A DNA stretch of 64,000 nucleotides from Eledone cirrhosa. Taxonomy: Eukaryota. Shown in pieces: positions 56,756 to 64,000 of this stretch (position 1 is its first letter; every line of letters starts with the position of its first letter). The position numbers and the translations under genes were made by a program. The notes beneath the pieces are model-generated. The model saw only the letters and a list, made by a program, of their open reading frames with translations. It was not told the origin of the DNA and did no database searches. The stretch spans positions 14,074,001-14,138,000 of the forward strand of contig OZ024743.1 of NCBI GenBank assembly GCA_964016885.1, read 5' to 3'.

Positions 56756-59700
56756 CAAACATACACATACATACATATACATATATATACGCACATACAC
56801 ACATATATATATATATATATACACACACACATACAAACATACACACATCCATACATATATATACACACACATACACACACCCACATACATATAGACCCAC
56901 ACGTACATATATCCATACATACCTACACACATATATGTGTGTGTCTCACCGTTCATTCAGATATTCATGTGTACACATAAGAAGAGGGGGGGGGGTAGTG
57001 AAATGGAATTTTACCTCCGAGTGTTAATTCATTGTTTTCGTGTTCAGTAGTGGTTTAAATTTTTCAATGAAGAATTCTTCTTTATATCTGCGGAAATGTT
57101 CGTTATCCGACCATATCTTGAAGAAAGGGAAGATTGTGACTTTTCCCTTCCCGCATGATGCAAAGTGTGCGCTACATGTGGTATTTCTGACTGTGGGGTC
57201 TTTAATTTGTTGTTTATCTACCCGGACTCTATCATGTAATCCCGTTCCGGTTTCCCCAATGTAATACTCTACACTGTGGACATGTTGCGCAATATATTAG
57301 GTTTTTTGTTTTGAAGTTCATGTTTGCATTGACCTTGAAATTATCATGGTTTTTGAAGGACAACTGTTTGCCCTCTTCGATGAGTTCACAGGTTCCACAT
57401 CTAGGGTCCCCGCATTTCGTCACTTGCATTGATTCCATGTTGGTCGTAAATTTTGCCTTGGTAATTAGTTTTTTTAAGGTTGGGTGCTTGGCGTCTGCTA
57501 TAAATTATCTGTGTGTTTTTTAAGAGTGCATTCATTTTGGTAGATTGCTGTAGAATCGGGAGATACTGCTTAGCAGTTTTCACAATGTTTTCCCTAGGTT
57601 GTGAGTGATGACAAAAGAGATAGCAGGGTTTTCTTTTTTATGTTGTGGGTTTGGTTTTATCAGTGTTGTTATTGGGATGTTCTTAGCCTTGGAGATGGCT
57701 GCGTTGATGAGTTTCATCAGGTATTCTTGTTTTTTAATGAATTTTTTCAGGTCACATAATCTTTTTTTTTGTAGTACGGGGTGTTTTGCTATAGTGCAGA
57801 TGCGCCTTGCCATGTTGAAGGGAATGTTCCTTTTCGTATGTGAGGGGTGTGCTGACCGGAAATTTAAGTATTGGTGTGTGTCAGTGGGTTTGCAAAATAG
57901 GTCCGTTATGATATTTTCCCCTTCTTTAATGATGAGGATATCTAGAAAGGGCAGTTCCTTTTCGTTACATTCCATAGTGAATTGTATAGCTTCATGAAGC
58001 CTGTTTAAGATCGAATAAAACTTTTGTAGGTCTGTTTGGCTTCTGTTCCAGAAGATGAAGCAGTCATCTAGGTAACGTTTCCAGTTTTTATTAATGTAGA
58101 AGGCGAAGTCGTGACTGAATGTTATCTGTAGTTGGGAATATAATTTTGCCTCTAAGTGACCCATACCGAGCGTTGCATATGTAGGGGCCACTTTGGTACC
58201 CATGGCTGTTCCTTTTATTTGTAGATAAAGTTTGTTATCAAAGAGGAAGTGGTTGTTTTCCAATACTAATTTAAGTCCTTCCAAGATGAATTCTTTGGGG
58301 AATCTTTCTGAAATGTGACTTGAGTGTTTTGTAATCCAGAAGTCCACAGCTTCAATCCCTAGGTCGTGTGGGATGTTAGTGTACAGGCTTATTACATCAA
58401 AACTGACTAGGATTTCATCATGGTGTACTTTTTGGGGGATATAGTTAAGAAATTCCACATCATCTCTGATGCAGCTTGGAACTTTTTTACATAGGGGTTT
58501 AAGTATGATGTCTAATAGGTTGCTTAGACGTTGTGTGCTTGAGGCTGGGCCAGCAATAATGGGGCGTAATTTTAAGTCTGTCGGTTTTGGTGCTTCGATG
58601 TATGATGTATGTTTCCCTTTTATGTTGTTTTGGATTTCTATGGATTTGTGAATTTTTGGTAATCCATAGAAATTGCTGGTTTTCATTTCGAAGTTGGTTA
58701 GGTAATCTACTTCTTTTGGTGTTAGGTTGTTTTGGTACTTTGTTGTTAGTTTGCCTATTTGGTTCCTCGATTTCCTTTCTTCGTTTTTAGTGATTTTCCT
58801 GTAGAAGTTTTCGTCATTCAAGTGTGCTAGAACCATATCTTTGTAGTGGTTTGTGTCCTTGATGACGATTGCTCCACCTTTGTCCGCTTCTTTTATTATT
58901 ATTGAGGAATCCCTTTGTAGCTTGTTCAATGCTAGAAGTTGGTATGTAGGGATGTTGCGTTTGTGTTTCGTCTCGGCCGTATTTGTACGTGCTGATCGGC
59001 GAAGGCGGGTTATGTACTCCTCCAGGTGTTTATCTCTATGTAGCGGGGGTGTGAAGTTCTTTTTGTTTTTCACCAGTGATTCTTCCTCGTATTGTACACA
59101 CTGGAAGAATTCTCCTAAGCGTAATTTTCGACAGTATTCTTCTGTGTCTTTTATAACATCGGCTGTATCTGCTTTCGGAGTGGGAGTGAACTTCAGTCCA
59201 TGTTCTAACAGTTGTATTTCTGGTTGTGTTAATTTCTTGGCTGATATATTGATTATTTTTGGTTCGATTGGTTCTTTCTCGTCAGGTGCCACTTGAAAGG
59301 TGGTGCTTTTTTCTTTTTTTCTTTCATTTGGTGCGAGGCCCCTAGTCCTAAAAAATGGGTGCCATTTGGGATAGGGGTGTTTCTGTTGTGGTGAAACCTT
59401 TGGCCCGCCGGAACTTCATGGCGGTAACTGGTTGGGGGATAGACTCTTGCGTGGTCATTGCTGTATGGGGGTCTGGTTCTTCTGTTGTTTAGTTCAGTAT
59501 TCATGTGTCTTTGATGTTGTCTCCGGTAATTGTCTTTGGAACAATGGACTAATTTTGGGATGGACGTAGAAAAATTCTTCAGAAAAAAAATAATTGTTTA
59601 CAAACTTGGCAGGTGCGGTTTGCCTATGACCATTCTCAACACAAAGGAATACTAAAAGCTTTTTTCCCCTGAATAAAGGAATTTTTCGAGAATGACCGGG

Positions 59701-60170
59701 GCAGGCCGCACTTGCTACATTTCTCCCCACCCAACCCTACTCACCGTCTCAACTCATTACTGCTATTAACACTTTTTCAACACACCTACACCCCTACACT
59801 TATTAAAGAGGGAGAAAAATTGCCACCACACCACAGACATGTTAAATCCCTATATATAGAACAACACACCACATACACATCAGTTTGACAAGCGCACCTC
59901 AGCGGGAAAGGTCGTTCTAAAACCGAAACAATACCTCCTACGTTAACCAAGAACTCTTAAGACCTAACCAACAACCAACAACTTAATTTATAAAATAATT
60001 TTTTTTAAGGGGAAAAAGAAAAAAAAAGGGTTTTTCTAATCCGGAAAAAAATTAATTTTGGATTTTGTGAAGAAAATAAATTTGTTGAAAGCACAAGTGA
60101 AGCCATTTTTTTATTTTTTTATTCCCCCCTGTCTTAATATACCTAACTGCACCAAGGATTACACACATTT

Positions 60171-60176
<6 letters not shown>
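55168..60176 (-). mobile_element. Neptune-like PLE with inverted terminal repeats
   Basis: 55168-55768 is the reverse complement of ~59539-60135, with a ~40 nt tail on the right. RT-endonuclease ORF on the minus strand and microsatellite-expanded 3' UTR at 55770-56990. Confidence 0.9.
57024..59292 (-). pseudogene. Neptune-like PLE ORF: 570 aa uninterrupted RT region, frameshifted linker and GIY-YIG
   Basis: GLKFTPTP, KEADKGGA, FYGLPKIHK, RPIIAG, FDVISLYTNIPH, QIKGTAMGTKVAPTYA, RYLDD, LPFLD, CGDPRCGTC, NLIYCATCPQC, FKPLLN. Confidence 0.92.
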
Positions 60177-60251
<75 letters not shown>

Positions 60252-60344
60252 AATTGATAAAGATTTGAAAAATAACCTAGAGTGCTTTTTTCATGCATGT
60301 TACATGTACAGGGCCCAACGAAAATCATTATTTCTTTTTACCTT

Positions 60345-60533
60345 GGCGGTAGATTGGCAGTATTGGTAGAGGGTCGGACGCCATGCTTTCCATCATAGTT
60401 ACGTCCTTTAACGATCTGAGTTCAAATCCCGCCAAGGTTGACTTTGCCTTTCATCCTTACGGGGTCGATAAAATAAAGTACCAGTAATGCACTGGGTTAT
60501 TTCTGGCCTTGTGCCTAAAGTAGAAACAATTAT
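60345..60533 (+). mobile_element. tRNA-derived SINE copy
   Basis: Matches 10047-10232. Confidence 0.85.
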
Positions 60534-60804
60534 TTCGTTTTACATAAAAAAGAATAGTTTTTTTACGTTTATACAGGATTTTTTTACTTGCCTGGTTTTC
60601 GTTTGTAATGTTATTGTCGCTTATATTTTTATTGAAACATGCGGCGCAATTAACTGTATCATTGTCCTTTATGTCAACGACAATCCACAATATTTGACAA
60701 GAACTGAAAGTTTGGTCTGCCCAAAAATTTAAGATTATTTATGCAAAGTTTCAACTCTGGCCGAACCTTTTCTATAGGTACCTCTATTCCTCGCTCTCTC
60801 GCGC

Positions 60805-60925
<121 letters not shown>

Positions 60926-60936
60926 ATTCAAAATAG

Positions 60937-61330
60937 TAATTCAAAATATTAACAAATATAGACATTCATGTGATCAAGTATATTTTATTATACATATTTC
61001 AGAGGTACTGAGCTATTTCACAGTACGTCCTCATCAGATAAAATAAGTTGGTGCTTGACATACCTTGACTATGTTCATGGTTAAAATTCAGTCATGACTG
61101 CATTTTAACCATCAACATAGTCAATGTATGTCAAGCACCAACTTATTTTATCTGATGAGGGCGTACTGTTGAAATAGCTCAGTACCTCTGAAATATGTTT
61201 AATAAAATAAAACTTGATCACATGAATGTCTATATTTGTTAATATTTTGAATTAATATTAATAACTCCGGAAAACCCCACTGTGGAGTGCTTCTAATCTA
61301 TTGTGAAACTGTATTCATTGTATTCACTGA
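60937..61330 (+). mobile_element. Fold-back terminal-repeat insertion with hammerheads at 60981-61045 (-) and 61144-61209 (+)
   Basis: TATTTTAT-CTGATGA-GG.CGTACTG..CAGTACCTCT-GAAA-TATGTA-TA-ATAAAATA. Arms ~60937-61088 and ~61101-61254, ~75 nt tail. Confidence 0.85.
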
Positions 61331-61509
61331 ACGCTGTTTAACCTTTAATTATATACATATATATATAGATAGATATTAATATTTTTATTAAAATAACAGA
61401 TATTTGCACTACTGTTCTTATATATTTGATATATATTTATCCTTATCGAGCTCTCTTTGGATTTTAGTCTTCAAATTTATTATTATTATATATATATATA
61501 TATATATAT

Positions 61510-64000
61510 AAAGTCATAGGAGTGAAGAGTGCTCTATGTAAGTACCAGAGCTAAATTTAATGTATAATAAACAATAGAATATAATTATCTTATTACCAGA
61601 GGTTTCCCGAATAAGACGAATCCGATAAACGTCCCCGTTCGTTCATCGGACAAGGCAATTTAAAACATAGTGAAATATGTGAAAAATCTCCTAAAGAAAG
61701 GCAAGTGTTTAACGGGCAATAAATATATAAATAAAAGTAATGCAAGAGATATATAAAAAAATAAGGAAATATAGTTAGGGAATGTGTATATGTATGTATA
61801 TACACTCACAAATGTACATATGTGTGTATGTACAAATGCATGTGTATGGTGAAAATGTGTGCGTAAGTACATATATGAGGGCAAGTATATTTGTGTATAT
61901 GTGACCACAAATACGTATGTAATATGAGTTGAAAAACAAATTGTAAGATAATATAGTTAACACGCATCAAGATACAGGTATTAAATACACATACGAGTAT
62001 GAAAGCACGCGTATAAACACACACATACCCGCGGTCACTTATATGCGGAAGATAAAGAGGGAATGGAGTGTAATAGTAAAAAGAAGTGTCATTCTCGATA
62101 TATGTATAAAAATGAAACAATATATGAGAATGAAATATTTTTTTTAATCAAACAGAAAGTAAGAGGGAGGGGTTATCAATTAACACTAGAAAAAAGAAAA
62201 CAAACAAAGGTACGCACGTACACACAAACATATATATATATAAATATATATACATATAAATACGTACAGACAAAGCGCATGCATGCGTACATACATACAC
62301 ACGAGACACGTATATATATATAACGCTACATTTATATCTAATCACACGTACGTACGCGACTATATATATATATATACATATATACATACACACCCATACA
62401 TACGTATACTTATACACACATACACATACATTCACCCACATACACACACACGTATAAATAAGTATGTAAAAACATAGATATAAAAACACACACACACATA
62501 TATATACGTACGCACGCACACATACGGAAGCGTTAGTATACATATACAGGACGTATAGACACATATGCACACTCACGCACATAGATACAAATTATAAACC
62601 AGCCGTATGAATAAATGAGTACCAATATAAAATCGACTGCGAAACAACAGAATATATCTGGAGTGGAAAACGCAAGTGACAAACGATATCAGGTAGTGAA
62701 AGAAAATGGGGAAGTAAAATGTGGAATGTGAAGATATTAGGTAATTGAATGAAAAAGTAGGGGGTTCACTGGTGGATGTGAAGTAAAAATTAAAATAAAG
62801 TTAAAAATGAAAGTAAATCAGAAAGAGATGTCTGTAAAGAGGATAATTTAAGGAAAGTGAAGAACAAGAGTTTATGGAGGATAAGTATCTTAAAGTGAGT
62901 TAAGTTTATATGTGCTGGAAAGCAAGTCTGATTTCTTGTGTGCGCAACTGGTGAAAATTTCTGTTTTTGTATTTAGGCAGGTTTTTGGTGATTTAAGGTT
63001 CTGTAAAATCCAATATTTTTCACTTATGCAGAGTGTGCATCTCCTTGTTCCTCTTGTATATTCTTTAGATTGGTTCAAAATTGACCAATCCAATTTATAT
63101 TGGATACCTTGGTATTTCAATCCCATATTCTGCTAGCCAGAGCTGTTGTAAATCTTTTTTCTGGATGTCGGAAAGTTGCGACATGTGAGTAATAACGCGT
63201 TTTGAATTTGTCTTGTGTCATACCCACATATCGTTCGCTGGTGGCTGGTAGGTTGTTGCTGATAGTTGTCACTTTAGCCGCATATACAATGGCTTTGGTG
63301 TTGCATTTACCTTGTATTGGGCATTCACTTTTTACTCTACAGGAGCAATGTTGATGTTCTCTGGGTGATTTCTTATTGATGATAAAAGATTTAATAGGGG
63401 GACCGCAGGAGTAGCTAATTTTGACACAGTTTCTATTGAAGACATTATAGTATCTATGTGTTCTAGGGAAATGTTTATCTAAGAGCTCTAGGAATGTTTT
63501 GCCTACATTAGTTTTAACTGCTAGAAAGTAGGGGGGGGGGGGGGGGGGTGAACCAGATTATTTTTCTTTTCCTATTATAATGTTTTAAAAGAGTTAGTAT
63601 TGTTGGGTATGTAATTAAACGGTTCGCTAAATCCGCTATTTTGAATGGCTTTATTATAGTAGGGGGATGAATTATTGAAAATAGCTTCTGAGGAAGAAAG
63701 GGTGGAGCTCCTACGGCTAATATTAGGGATAAGATTTTTTAAAAACTATAGGAAGATGGCAAGAACCTTTATTTATATATTTTAAATTTTCATTAGGTTT
63801 ATGGTACGGTTTATAAGAAGCAGTAGGCAGATATAGGTTTATATCTAGAAAATTATCATTGGAAAGTTTAGTGTCAATAGTAATTTTAAGATTAAAACTA
63901 ACGAAGGTTTTATTAAGTCTTTCCTTAATCTTTGTAAGTTATGGCCTATGGTGGTATGGGAAAGTATTAGACCATCGTCGCGATAAAGCCCCAAAATATG
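61510..64000 (-). mobile_element. Hydra-like PLE 3' part (RT C-terminus + GIY-YIG at 62890-64000, disrupted), running off the window
   Basis: YRDDG, NFLDI, WFTPP, HFPRTHRYYNVFNRNCVKISYSC, CSCRVKSECP, YVGMTQDKFKTRY, CTLCISEK, CAH. Degenerate hammerhead CCGATGA..GAAA CCTCTGG TA at 61590-61653. Confidence 0.85.

Noticed and set aside
55839-57027. Long ORFs of YI/CV/HT repeats here and throughout the window
   Set aside because: Translations of stop-free (TA)n/(CA)n microsatellites, not genes.

Overview
AT-rich, microsatellite-saturated eukaryotic DNA with no recognisable host protein-coding gene. The tRNA-derived SINE core (CTTTGCCTTTCATCCTTACGGGGTCGATAAAATAAAGTACCAG) suggests an octopod cephalopod (inference). 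The window is mostly a pile-up of Penelope-like retroelements (PLEs; RT plus C-terminal GIY-YIG endonuclease) from at least four lineages, all disrupted, together with many short non-coding derivatives. It also holds nine SINE copies, one internally deleted mariner and RTE LINE debris. Nearly every PLE-derived insertion sits in (TA)n and has two family-specific ends, usually as a fold-back with one arm carrying an extra ~33-115 nt tail. About 20 type I hammerhead ribozyme motifs occur in the terminal repeats, including U3-A8 core variants and a TATATA stem III. Several 320-600 bp non-coding monomers have terminal redundancy and resemble retrozymes. One PLE lineage has ~70 extra residues between RT motifs A and B' despite a C-terminal endonuclease. 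All alignments were made by eye, so boundaries are approximate to a few bases.
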